From the NCBI RefSeq assembly GCF_009914755.1, contig NC_060939.1: 64,000 nt of DNA; one strand, given 5' to 3'. Source of the DNA: the human T2T-CHM13v2.0 reference genome, Homo sapiens. Of this stretch, positions 13,613 to 27,512 are shown one piece after another. The stretch's first letter is position 1. Each line of letters begins with the position of its first letter. Below the pieces are notes generated by a model, which was not told the origin of the DNA, did no database searches, and was given only the letters and a program-made list of their open reading frames with translations. Made by a program: the position numbers and the translations under genes.

Positions 13613-16600
13613 GTTTGTTTTGACACATATTTCTCACACTTATAACTAAAATGTAAGCCTACTTGCCATGGCTACTGACTTGATTTTTATAGGTGATACA
13701 GCATCAAAATAGTGTACTTCTGTATTAACACTCCAGTAAGTATTAATACTCCAATAACTGCCACTGTTAGAAAAAAAAAATCAGTAAATAAACCTTCCTT
13801 AGTACCTTTATATGACATTACCAGGAAAAACTTCCACAATTATATTTTGAAAGGCAGACTCATTTTTGCCAGATTCATGTATTTCCCCTGATTGTGGCTT
13901 TTGGTGGTCTGATCAGTCAGGTAAGTGGATATCTTACTACTAAAACATACTTCAATACTTACTACTAAAACATACTTTAGTATGACAAACATCTTAGTCA
14001 TAAAATATCCTCCAAACTAAGACCAACTTGATTTTTCAAGATAATCATAGGAACACCAAAAGAAGCTTACTACCTTTTGCTCAGCTGTTGGTACTCCAAT
14101 GACTGCCTCATAATGCATATCTAATTCTTGCCCCTCAGACAGACATATACAATATTTTTCTCCAAAAAGCCACAGAAGTCTAACTGAAACTATTTTCTCC
14201 CGAAACCAATAAAGTCCTCATACAATGGAATACCATGAAGTACAAGAACTGAATGAAAACTAATGAGCTACAGTTCTCCACAACATAATCTTACAAACAT
14301 AATGCTGAGCAAAAGAAGCCATATACAACAGAATTCACACTAGAAGATTCTGTATGCGCAAAGTTCAGAGAGTCAAAACTAGTGCTTTCAGAATGCATAA
14401 TTAGGTGGTAACTATAAAGAAAAACTAGAAAATGAGAAACCTAGAAGACAAGATACATGCAATCTTTGAAGAAGGGAGGATATGACCCAGAAAAGGCATG
14501 TTAGGGATTCTAGCACTTATCATTATGGACAGAATTTTATTTGCTGCTCTCTACCCGCACCATTAAAATGCCCTATCAGTACAGAGATGTGTTCACTGCT
14601 GCATCTCCAGCACCTACAACAGTGATTGGTACACACGAGGTAACCAACAAATATCTGCTGAATGTAAAATTCCGCTTTAGGAATCCAAATTGTTACATAT
14701 TTCACAGCTTCTTGAACCCTAAATGTAACAGTAACAGCTAGTATAGTGTTCATTTGCCTTGTCAGTATATTCAAGGAGCTGTTAAGCATATAAGCCAATT
14801 ACTTTATAATTCTTAATGTCTCCCTCCTATTGAGATATTGATACCAAACATATGCAGAAAACACTTACATCAATGTATCCAGATTCAATTCAAACATTTA
14901 AAAACATTAACAAGGAAAAATACAGAAACTCTGCTAAACAGCAAGCCCAGGTTTAGAAAATGACTTTGTCACCTCCTCCAACGAAGAAAGCACACAAGAA
15001 TGCTCTGTTATTACAGGATGACCATAAGTTTGCTCGTATTTTTAAGAGTAAACAATGCAAATCCTTTGTTTCTTCAACAATGAGTTACACAATTCACAAA
15101 GTGATCATTACAGCGTATAGCAGTTGAAAACTGTAAATTTCTAGGATCGGGATCCCAAACAAAATGTACTCATTTAATATGTGTTAAGCTAACAAAAAGA
15201 ATTAGTCATTACTGGTATCCTCCTGAATTTTAAAATTACATACTAAATTAAGTGAGCTAATCTTATATTAAGTTTAACTGGTGATATTCAGTTACCAGAA
15301 ACTGTTGTACAATCTCCAAGATAATGACAATTCCAAAAGCGTGAAAATTCCTAAGATAACCAAGAAGAAAAATGAACTTTTCAGTCTTTGGGAATTTACA
15401 TTTTTTTAAAAAGGAAAAAATATTTCGGTAAGTCAAAAAAAATTAATTAAACCAGGTATACGCTAATCTTATGTTCCTAATTAGAATCCACAGAAAGTAA
15501 TATCAGCTTCTGTTTTACCTCCTTTCCGGACATGATAAACTAGAATTGAGATCATTCACCAGTTAACTCACTTCCCAGTATTTTCAGTATATCAACTGAA
15601 ATATATCCGCAACACAAACTAATAAAACCTTATCTCTTGATCTATCCCAAAGTGAGGGCCACCTGAGATTCAGTATTGAGCACTACATATATGACAGGGT
15701 TTTGTTATCACATTTCAAATGGTGTTTTACAGTACAAAGTTTGGTAACATTGGTGTTCTCATGATCTAAAGCTGTGTTCTTGTGGTAAAGGCAATCATTC
15801 AGAGTCCATTTATTTTCATCCATGCTTAGGATATAAGATAAAACTCCCTACCCACGTATTCCCCACATACTGCTCATTATTAAGAATTTATCTGTTTAAG
15901 AGGAATGGAAATAAAGCACCTGGCTAGCCCATAAAGGAGCAACCTGAAGCCACTCTTCTCTGCAATAAATAAATAAAGATGCACTCTAGGTCAGAGAGAG
16001 CAAAAGTCTTATTTTTATTGCTGGCTTATGCAAGAAATACTGCAACACACCAATTTTATAGGATTAACTTTAAAATCTGTAAACTATCCTAATGTCTATT
16101 TCTTTCTACAAGACTAAAAGTTGTTAAAGTAAAAAGGTTTTTCAAGATTTGCTTTCAAAATTCAGAGGTGCAAAGCAAGTTCCAGTCAAATATTCCAGGA
16201 GGATCATTCTAGACATAAACTATCTTTTTATTTAACATATCAAAACTTTGCTAATTAGAAATGACTGGCTCATTCCACTAGCTTGTCTTCAGCTACTATA
16301 ATGCTCAGTCATACACAATGCTGAGCACGTGAATGCTTTCAGGCAGGCCTGAAATGAGCAATGACTGAGCAGTCACAGATGGGTGGCACTACACATGAAT
16401 TTACAGCTGGACTCATGGTCTTTCAGTAAGGTGAATTTTTATCATATCAGGGGTATGTCAAGTAACAGGATTACGTCTTCAAATTTTCCACCAAAACTAT
16501 TATTTTTAAAGACATTTTCCTTAGCAGCATGGTGATCTATCATATTTATACACAGTTTTATTCTTAGAACTGTACAGAGTTTACATTTGGTCTCTAAACA

Positions 16601-16790
16601 GAAAAGAGATTAAAGAGCAAGTAAAAGTCAGAGCCAGACCTTGTTTCCAGGATTGGAGGGGAAAAAGGGAGTGGAACTACTGTACTTTTTTTCCTTCAAA
16701 TCAAACGGGAAGCAGTACTACATATACTGCGTTACAGCCCTCGAAGCCACAGATTGGTTTCCACCTCATTATTTATTGGTGTCTTTCCTT

Positions 16791-17094
16791 TTTTTTTTTT
16801 GAGACAGACTCTCACTCTGTTGCCCAGGCAGGAGTGCAGTGGTGCTATCTCGACTCACTGCAACCTTGGCTCAACTGCAAACTCTGCTTCCTGGGTTCAA
16901 ATGATTCTCCTGCCTCAGCCTCCCAAGTAGCTGGGATTTTAGGCATGTGCTACCACACCCGGCTAATTTTTGTATTTTTAGTAGAGACGGGGTTTCGGCC
17001 GTGTTGGTTGTGCTGGTCTTGAAGTCCCGCCCTCAGGTGATATGCCCGCCTCAGCCTCCCAAAGTGCAGGGATTACATGCTTGAGTCTGGCAAA
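16791..17094 (-). mobile_element. Alu (AluS) with a small internal duplication
   Basis: 15-bp TSD attggtgtctttcct on both sides; ctcactgcaacc segment repeated. Confidence 0.9.
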
Positions 17095-17566
17095 TTGGTG
17101 TCTTTCCTAATAATATAATGTAATTTGTGCCAATATATAACCTGGGGGGGAAAAACACCACAATTTGAAACATAACTATCTTATGAAGCTGTCCTGAAAC
17201 AAATGTAAGAGTTGTAAAATGTAGTTAGGATTATCAGCCAACTATATAAATTAAAGCTTTAACCATGATGGTCTAAAATGCCAAACACACACAAAAATTA
17301 TTGCTACAGTGAGGATCATTAAAAGTTGGCAGCCAAACTTCAGTGACTTCTCACAAACTACAGTGAGTTTTTCACTTTTAAAACAGTATGAAGCAAGTAT
17401 GCATTGATCAGTAACTATCATAATTAAAACACTGCATCACTCACTCAAGAAACAATCCCTATATGTAATGACTGACTCTTGTCATTAATTTTTGTTCATT
17501 AGCTTGGCCATTTTCTGCAGCTCTTAAGGTTTCAAAAACGTTAAGATATCAAGAAAAGCCCACTGT

Positions 17567-18790
17567 ATACACAAATTAACTCAAGATGGATTAAAGACTT
17601 CAATGTAAAACCCAAAACCATAAAAACCCTAAAAGAAAACCTAGGCAATACCATTCAGGACATAGGCATGGGCAAAGACTTCATGATGAAAACACCAAAA
17701 GCAATTGCAACAAAAGCTAAAATTGACAAATGGGATCTAATTAAACTAAAGAGCTTCTGCACAGCAAAAGAAACTATCAGAGTGAACAGGCAACCTACAG
17801 AATGGGAGAAAAACTTTTGCCATCTACTGATCTGACAAAGGTCTAATATCCAGAATCCACATGGAAGTGAAACTAATTTACAAGAAAACAAATATCCGTA
17901 TCAAAAACTGGGCAAAGAATATGAACAGACACTTCTCAAAAGAAGACATTTATGCTGCCAAAAAAAAGGAGGTATTTATGCGGCCAACAAACATATGAAA
18001 AAATGCTCATCATCACCGATCATTAGAGAAATGCAAATCAAAACCACAATGAGATACCATCTTACACCCGTCAGAATGGTGATTATTAGAAAGTCAGGAA
18101 ACAACAGATGCTGCCGAGGCTGTGGAGAAATAGGAACGCTTTTACACTGTTGGTGGGAATGTAAATTAGTTCAACCATTGTGGAAGATAGTATGGCAATT
18201 CCTCAAGGACCTAGAACCAGAAATACCATTTGACCCAGTAATCCCATTACTGGGTATATACTCAAAGGAATATAAATCATTCTCCTATAAAGACACATGC
18301 ACACATATGTTTACTGCAGCACTATTTACAATAGCAAAGACATGGAACCAACCCAAATGCCCACCAATGACAGATTGGATAAAGAAAATGTGGTACATAT
18401 ATACACCATGGTATACTATGCAGCCATAAAAAAGAATGAGTTCATGTCCTTTGCAGGGACACGGACGAAGCTGGAAGCTATCATCCTCAGCAAACTAACA
18501 CCAGAACAGAAAACCAAACACCACATGTTCTCACTCATAAGTGGGAGTTGAACAATGAGAACACATGGACACAGGGAGGGGAACATCACACACCAGGACC
18601 TGGGGCCTGTTACCCGGGTTGGTGGTGGGGGGAAAGGGAGGGAAAGCATTTAGGAAAAATACCTAATGCATGTGGGGCTTAAAACTTAGATGATGGGTTC
18701 ATAGGTGCAGCAAACCACCATGGCACACGTATACCTATGTAACAAATGTGCACATTCTGCACATGGATCCCAGAACTTAATTAAAAAAAA
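17567..18790 (+). mobile_element. 5'-truncated primate L1 (L1PA): ORF2 C-terminus, 3' UTR and poly-A
   Basis: ORF 17995-18429 ([18 protein letters not shown]...[14 protein letters not shown]) is the L1 ORF2 C-terminus; TSD aaaagcccactgt (17554-17566 / 18791-18803). Confidence 0.95.
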
Positions 18791-19281
18791 AAAAGCCCAC
18801 TGTGCTCCACTTGATACAATAAATCAATTCCTGGGTATCATGTAAATCAGTGTAACAGTAAAAAATGACATAAATCATTTTCATACTTACATTATAATTT
18901 CAGATAGCCACAGCGGGCAATACTACTATTCCCGAGACTTAACAAAAACATTTAAGTATTCAGCAAAATCTAATAAGCATATACAATAGCACAATCTTAA
19001 ATTAAATTTTATTGCTTCCTCCAAAGGAAAACAGCTTGAAAACACAGAAGCCACTGAAACTTCCTTCAGCCACTTTTCTGTGATTCAACCAATGAAATCG
19101 TTTCTTAACAATGATTCATACCACTTTCTTACACATTTAAACAATTCTTTGGTGACGCAGAGAACCACCCTAATTCTTGTTTTTCAACTTTCTAATAATC
19201 TTAAATCAAATACACCAGTAAACAAAATTCTGACTGCGAACGCAGACGTTTATCACACATATAAAAAACGTTTTTTTCCTT

Positions 19282-19838
<557 letters not shown>

Positions 19839-20109
19839 TTATTACTTCTTTAGTATCATGCACGGAGGATTCTTTTCAATCTAGGTACATACTTATTTTT
19901 AAGTAGTATTCTACATTTTCTTCTATTTTAGAATTTTTATTGCTCTTTGTCATTTAGATTTCCTTTGATTTTTTTTAGCCTATGAGGCAGAAAACATTTT
20001 TAAAAAATGGATAACCAATAGTCCTAGCACCATACATTGAACAAGCCACTTTCTCCAATAGTCTACAATATTATTTTTTACCACATATTCGTAGTTTTCC
20101 ACCTTGCTG

Positions 20110-20245
20110 GCTAAATGAACTTAAAAGTTATCGTATCTCTGTGTTTCAATTTCTTCACCAAAAAGTAGAGATAATAGTTCACTTCATAGGGTTACTGTGA
20201 GAATTAAATAAATTGAGCACTTAGAACAATACCTGACATGCAATA
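20110..20245 (+). mobile_element. MIR
   Basis: ctctgtgtttcaatttc...ataatagttcacttcatagggttactgtgagaattaaa...cacttagaaca. Confidence 0.7.
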
Positions 20246-21296
20246 ATACTGATGATCATAATTACTAAAAGCCCATAAATGCACAGATGTTTCTGGACCT
20301 CCCTGGTTCCTGAACTGACGGGCTGCTTTAAATGACTGTGAATTTCTAACAAGTTTCCTGATACGGCCTTCTTTTTCCAAAATTTTGTCGCTATCATTTT
20401 ATCATGTAGGTTTTCTTATCAATATGTCAAGTTTTCTACAATACAACACTAGAAGACACTGACTTGGGGAAAATTAGTAAATTCTACAACAGTGACTGTC
20501 TCCATCCAGAAAATACATTGTTTCATCTCGTTTATTCAGATCTCACTTTATGTCCTTCATTAAGATTCCAGTAGCTCACCAATATTTGTTATATTTATTT
20601 CTAGGTAGTCTTTTTAGAGAAACATTTAGTAGTATATATCAGAATTTAAACTGCACATAGCCTTTGCCTCGGTAATTCCATTTTTAAGAATCTGATATAC
20701 AGTAATATATGTGTACAGATATAAAAAGGCTACTATTCCAAGAACAAAATCCTGGAAACAAATGTCTATCAAGAAAGCAAAGATAATCTAAACAGCAGCA
20801 TATTCATAGGATGACAAACTATTCAACCATTATAAAGAAAACCGAATCAAAAGCACTGGCTTATTAGACAAGAGTTTCCCAAACTATCATGCTAAAACAG
20901 TAACAGCGAGCTTCCAAATTAATGTTGCCTTTTTTTTTTTTTTTTTCCAAACTGAAAGGAGGGTGGGGAAAACAAACGCATCATATGTAAAGCACTGAGT
21001 CCAGCCTGGCTCTTAGTAAGCATTTTAATCACCTTCAAAAATTAATTGTGACTTACGGAAACAGGTCACTGAATATTATTTCATTTCACTTATTCATTTA
21101 TGGCCTGTTTTGCTCTATATAAAATTCTGAAGTGGCTCCATAATACAGCATCTTAAAAAAAAGCTTTCAACTTGCCCTTTACTCGCAAATGTTTACAATG
21201 CAAAAAAGTCCCTACAACGTAATATTTAACGAGTGATGCTTTTCAATATGCCATACAAATCTCAATACTATAATTCAGGAGAAGTACTCCTCCTAC

Positions 21297-21335
21297 CTTA
21301 CTGTGGCAATCCATTGAAAACGTATTTCTCTCCAT
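21297..21335 (-). CDS. TJP1: Putative alternative TJP1 N-terminal coding exon, MERNTFSMDCHSK
   Basis: Minus strand: caagtATGG (A-3, G+4), 13 open codons, then AAG|gtagga donor in phase 0, in frame with exon 2. Confidence 0.75.
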
Positions 21336-22771
21336 ACTTGAAATAACCTCTTAAAAAGTGTGTTGTCTTGCATATTAAGTACCAGAGATCACACTTCAGG
21401 AACAAAGTGACATTCTGTGTAATACGGAAACAAAGCCTTTCCTCCTAGGAAAGAAAGCCCCAGAAAAGACAAATAATGGGAGCTTATTTTAAAACCAAAG
21501 CAAAATGTTGCCTTTTATCCTAAATCTCTGGATCAAGTTTTACCTTTAGATTGTTCTTCCTCAATGTAAGGTCAAAAGGTGCAAGTTAAATTTTTCTTAA
21601 ACGAAGAATACTATATCCCTTAAAACAATCTATTCATTAATAAGTGTAACCGCTAGCTTCTCCCAGCCAGCAAACAAGCTTCTGTGAGAGTTCAAAAGTT
21701 TCAGAGGCATAGTATTCCTGCTCCCAGATGTTACGGGTAAGCATTTCAAACAAAAATACACACAGAAAACCACTACCTGCCCAAGTATCTCGATACTATT
21801 TGAAGTAATGAATTGATATTCTTTAAAGGGCAGATTTTTTACTCCTCACATTTCTGTATTCCTTTGTTTGAAATAACAAGTACTATTTTATGATGAAAAA
21901 ATTAATATACAAAATGGGAGGAGCATCCTAGCTGTTTTTCAGGAACTTTGGCTTTTTAATGTAATACACAAGTTAGTTTCAAAGCAATGGGAAAATGCAA
22001 TAATATTTCAGAGCACATAGGAAAAGTAACAGGAAAAACGTTACTTTTTTCGGCTGAACTCACCGGCCTTTACTAATTTTTAAGTGCTCATCTTATTGTC
22101 CATTCGTAGGAATACTTTGTATTACTTGTGAAAGTTTAATTCAAGTTAAATTATTAAATGTTAAAGAGGTTATTTTCAAAGTTACCTTAAATAAGTAATA
22201 CAGCATGAAAGAAAACCCGACCTACTACGCCTCACAGGCTGAGTGGAGTGTTTTGCAGTCTCAAAGCCTTATCGCTGGCGTGCGCATACCGCAGGGAGTG
22301 ACATCAGATCGAAACTACAGGGTTTCGCCGGGGACCAACCACTCCTCCAAAGACAGCAGCTCCCGGCCAGCAGGAGGTGGCACCCCAAGCCCCGACCCGC
22401 TGAGAGCCGGCTTCCAGCCCCCGAACCCTCACTGGAGCCGAGTTTCTCCGCGAGGGACCTGTTGCGTGTCCCCGCCCTCAGCGAGCCGCAGCCAGGCACA
22501 GGCGCCGGCAGCTATGCACCTGCCCAGTACGGCGGCCGGGCGCCCGCAGCCCCCTCCCCGGCCGCCCCCAGTGCGGCCCGCGCCGCCCCCGCCCGAGGGG
22601 CTCCCCGCGGCCCGCGGCCCGCGGCCCGCGGCCCCGCGCCAGCCCTGCCCACCCCGCCGCCCCGGGGCCCAGACAGCCGCCAGCGAGGGAGGGCGGGACG
22701 CGGGCCAGATGCCGGTGGGCGGGCGGCGACGGTCGGCCCGGTCTGGCCCTGGCGGCCGCGGAGGCGCTCAC

Positions 22772-22798
22772 CTTGGCGGCCGCAGCTCTGGCGGACAT
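22772..22798 (-). CDS. TJP1: TJP1 (ZO-1) coding exon 1, MSARAAAAK
   Basis: Minus strand reads acaagATG TCC GCC AGA GCT GCG GCC GCC AAG|gtgagc: A at -3, canonical donor, phase 0. The peptide is the known ZO-1 N-terminus. Confidence 0.97.
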
Positions 22799-23270
22799 CT
22801 TGTCTCTCTCCAGCGCCGCGCGAGGCTCCTCGGACCCGAAACTCCGCGGCGCTGGCCCGCCCGCTCCTCACGCCACAGCCCAAATAAACATCTCCCGAGA
22901 GCGAGCGGGGCACGGGCGGGGGCGGCCGGAAGGGCCCGGCCCAGGGGGAGGGAATTCAACTCGGACAAAAGTCCGGGAAGCGCCCGCCCCGCCCGGGTCT
23001 TCTCCACGGGGCGCGCCCGACCGGCACCTCCCTCCGAGCGCGGCCACCCACTCGGCCTCCCGCAGCTTTCGCAGCCCGGCCACGTCGGCCTCGCCCGGTC
23101 GCCCGCCCGTCAGCAGCACCCGTGGCCTCCCGGCGTCTCCTCGGAAGCCGGCTTCGCCACGTAACTTCCCGGGAACCGGCGGCCGCCAAGGAACGCGGCG
23201 TCCGCTGGCTCAGCCGGCGCCGGCAACTCAGCGGCCACGCAAACCTGCCGGCCCGGCCCACTGAGCATGC
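22799..23270 (-). other. TJP1: TJP1 exon 1 5' UTR (TSS approximate)
   Basis: GC-rich sequence between the ATG and the GC-box cluster. The exact TSS cannot be read from sequence. Confidence 0.6.
22868..22891 (-). other. Upstream ORF MFIWAVA* in the TJP1 5' UTR
   Basis: Minus strand gggagATG TTT ATT TGG GCT GTG GCG TGA; ends 69 nt before the main ATG. Confidence 0.6.
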
Positions 23271-23280
23271 CCGGCCCGGC

Positions 23281-23353
23281 GGGGGCGGGGCTGGACGAGG
23301 CGAGGCGAGGCGAGGCGGGGAGGGGGCGGGGCCGCGGCGGGGGAGGGGGCGGG
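23281..23353. promoter_or_regulatory. GC-box (SP/KLF) cluster with G-quadruplex potential
   Basis: Several GGGGCGGG motifs and G-runs plus a GAGGC pentamer repeat just upstream of exon 1. Confidence 0.7.
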
Positions 23354-23398
23354 ACGAGCGGCCGGGGTCCCGACCCCAAGCGCGGAAGGAAAAGCCGG

Positions 23399-23412
23399 GT
23401 AACCCAAGTAAC
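23399..23412. promoter_or_regulatory. RFX X-box motif
   Basis: GTAACCCAAGTAAC matches GTNRCC(N0-3)RGYAAC exactly. Confidence 0.5.
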
Positions 23413-24575
23413 TTGGAAGACAGTTTCCGCTGCCGTGCGAGTCTTCCTGTTTGTTTTTATCCAAGGTCTGGCAGAATTCGCCCCCAAGGAGAAAGCGCCT
23501 GTGCACCAAAGCTTTCCTTAAGAGACTTGTCCACTTGCTCCTCGACAAGCCACGCACATCATGGGGTGAGCCCCATGCATGAGTGCGGCTGGAAAGGCCG
23601 GCAGAGCCGATACCCGACAGTTGTTTCCTTCACTGGGCAAACAGCATGGTCACGGCTGTCACCGCGTGCCTCGGCGTTGTTCCCACGGAAGGCGGAATGC
23701 ATTTTCTGCAAGGCGCGTCATGGCTTTCATCTCCGAGGAGCTCCGGCAGGGTCAGAAGCGTTGCTCTCGTTCACCGGCGCCGACTGCCAAGGCTGAAACT
23801 GGTGATGAGGTCATGGGCACCCGGAGGCAGCAGCCTGAGAAACACCCTAGAGACCTGTGACATCTCGGCCCACACCCCACATTAGACCTCAAGATATATC
23901 CAAAGTCTCTTTCCCGCCCATCTAGACAGGAATCTTGAAAAGTTTATTTTTGGCCATCAAGATTGCTGAAATTCTTGTTGACCGAACGGGTCAAGCTGCC
24001 CTGCATTCCAATGCTGTCCCTCCAACTCAAAGTTGGGCAGAAAAGGGTGTAAACACGTGCAGTCCATGGTCCAGTTTAATCAGCCACTACACAAACTTCC
24101 CACAATGTTGACGGCTTTGCTAAACACCAAGGAACATGGTAAGAAACCAATCCTAGACTCACTAATCTACACTTGTAAATGTAAAGGTCTTCAAAAAATG
24201 CCAGAAATCCTTAGTAACATCAATGATAACATCTTTAAAGTATCTGGTATAGTGCCACAACCGGCACAGAAGAAATGGAAGAAATCATAAACATCAGGCT
24301 TTAGACAATGGTTTTCTCTTTAGAATTCAACTGTATGAAAAGAACAAATTTAACAAAGAAGTATGTGTAGGTGATACATAAGTATCAATTAAGGCTTCGA
24401 AGTGCCACACATCTTGCAACCCAAAGCTGTCTGAACCAGAAAAGAGCCTTCTGCAAACCAAACCCTTATTCCTTTTTGTTCTTCATAAAAATGGTTGAAG
24501 TCATTTTTGTTTTAAAGTCATGTTGTAATTGTTTTGCTTTTGGACAAAGTATTATTTATTCTTTTAAGAATTGTG

Positions 24576-25534
<959 letters not shown>

Positions 25535-27512
25535 CTACAAATGCACTGACATTTTTCACTTTTCCTTATTTGTCACTTTTACAAGTTGCCCAATGTGTAA
25601 TTTAAATGCTAGATTGCAACTATTTGTCACTAATTAAAAATAGTTATATATTTAACAGTTTTATCTTTGCCATGGTTTAAAAAATGAAATCAAACAAAAA
25701 TATTTCATCTTGAAAATATTATTCTTTAAAAATTATATTTAGTATTTCAGTGACTAATAGTATCACTTTAAAATTTTTCAGTGGTATTTTTAATATCTAA
25801 ATTAAACTTCATAAAGTCTGTTCTTTAAATAAACAAGAGAAGGCTTTTATCATCTGTAAAATAAAGGTAAAACTGTTGCCAACAATTAAAAACAAAGCTT
25901 TATTCCTGCAGTTTATTTTTTAGGTAGGTGCTTTGACAACAAGTGGAAAGTATAAAGAATAATCTGAAAGAATCACCCATTTAACAATTAAAGAGTTTAT
26001 CCATGGAACACCAAAAAAGTATTTTCTGACTTTTATGCTTACACACGCATGTCATCATAGCTCCTCTAGATCAATATGGGAAGAAATACAAGTTAATTAA
26101 GGATTCTCATTTAGAGTTACTATAATGTTTAACCACAAATCTCTTTCGATTGTACAGATTTATCTTATTTCTGATCATCTCTGCAACTGAACAGGAAACT
26201 AAAAAACCACAACACTTAAAAGACAACTTCCTGTGGGATTTTTGGTGTCTGCGGCTCAGAATGAAAAAAGCATTATGTGTGCAAAATCTTTACACATTTT
26301 AGATAGAACTACTTAATAAAACAGCCTTGACCAAATGAACAACTATATCCACACCTAATTTGTATATATGTATATGTATGGTTTTAATTGCAAAAAAGAT
26401 CCTTAGGAAAGCATATTTATGTTATTTTTATATGAACTGTGAGTTTACGCTTGACAAAGAGGAAGTATTTATTTACGGTAGTGAAGCATTAGACAATCTC
26501 GATAATGTCAGAGAAGAGAATATATACAAAATATTAGAAGGAGAAGCACTTTATCAAGATGTTATAACAACCAAAAGTAATCCTGATTCCACTCCTATGC
26601 CATACCATTAAAGATTCTACAAATTGTTACAGAATTTTCCTCTGCCAATAAAGTCATGTAACAATGTTAAATGGGGGAAAGATTCTTTTAAGGCTCATAA
26701 TGTTTCTAAATTTCATAGACCAGTAAAAATTTTAAAACGATCTTAGAGGTGCAATATAGGAGTACCAACTTTTTAATCTTATAAAGTAAAAACATTTTAA
26801 AACAAACATTATAAACTGTATATGTAAAGATAATTAAAATGGCAAATTTTATATTATGTACATATTACCACAGTTTAGAAATACAAAAAGAAAGCTATTA
26901 CCAACACCATTTCATTTTTTTTTTTTTAAAAAGAAGACATAAACACTAAAAAACAAGTCTTTTTAAATTCAATTCAGTATACAGAAAGTTATTCCTCGAA
27001 AGAATTCCTCCTATGGGGCTACCCTTACCTCTGACTGGGGCTAAGGTGGAGTTTTCTTTTTTCAGGGTCCCAAATATTGCACAACCAGGCAGGTCGGAAG
27101 CTCCATAAATCCATGACTGGAATCCAGGCAGGCTGGCATACAGGCCTCTGGCTCATCCCTTAGCGGTTTGTCCTCCATTCTTCACAGCTTCTCCACTCTG
27201 ATCTACACTTTCCTATGATTCCTTTAAGACTCCCTCCCCAGCCCAGGCAAAACATCTCATCTCATAATCCATAGAGAAAACAGACATTAAGGAATAGAAA
27301 CTCCCTTCCCTTCCTGCCAAAACACTGACAAGTCTACCCTGGGCATCCGCTTTTCCTCTCCATCTTCCCCCCAAGGGTTATGAATTCCATCTTGGGGGGC
27401 TGACCCTCTCAGCTGTGTCCTCTTTCTGTATCATCTTCATCCTGTCCTTAGCTAATGAATTCTACCTCTGAGAATTCAAGCGTCTTCTAGTGTTTCCCAT
27501 CTTAAACACAGT

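Larger units (their letters stand above)
22215..23830. promoter_or_regulatory. CpG island / TJP1 promoter
   Basis: Abrupt shift to very high GC with dense CpG against an AT-rich, CpG-depleted background; spans exon 1. Confidence 0.95.

Noticed and set aside
17995-18551. 144-aa and 84-aa ORFs
   Set aside because: Frameshifted ORF2 C-terminus of a 5'-truncated L1PA; not a host gene.
22362-22382. CTCF-like motif ggccagcaggaggtggca
   Set aside because: Only a partial match in a GC-rich island; cannot be supported without a PWM score or ChIP data.
22205-23885. Many long overlapping ORFs (up to 319 aa) on both strands
   Set aside because: Stop-codon scarcity in a CpG island; Pro/Arg/Gly/Ala-rich with no recognisable domain. 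Only MSARAAAAK up to the splice donor is supported.
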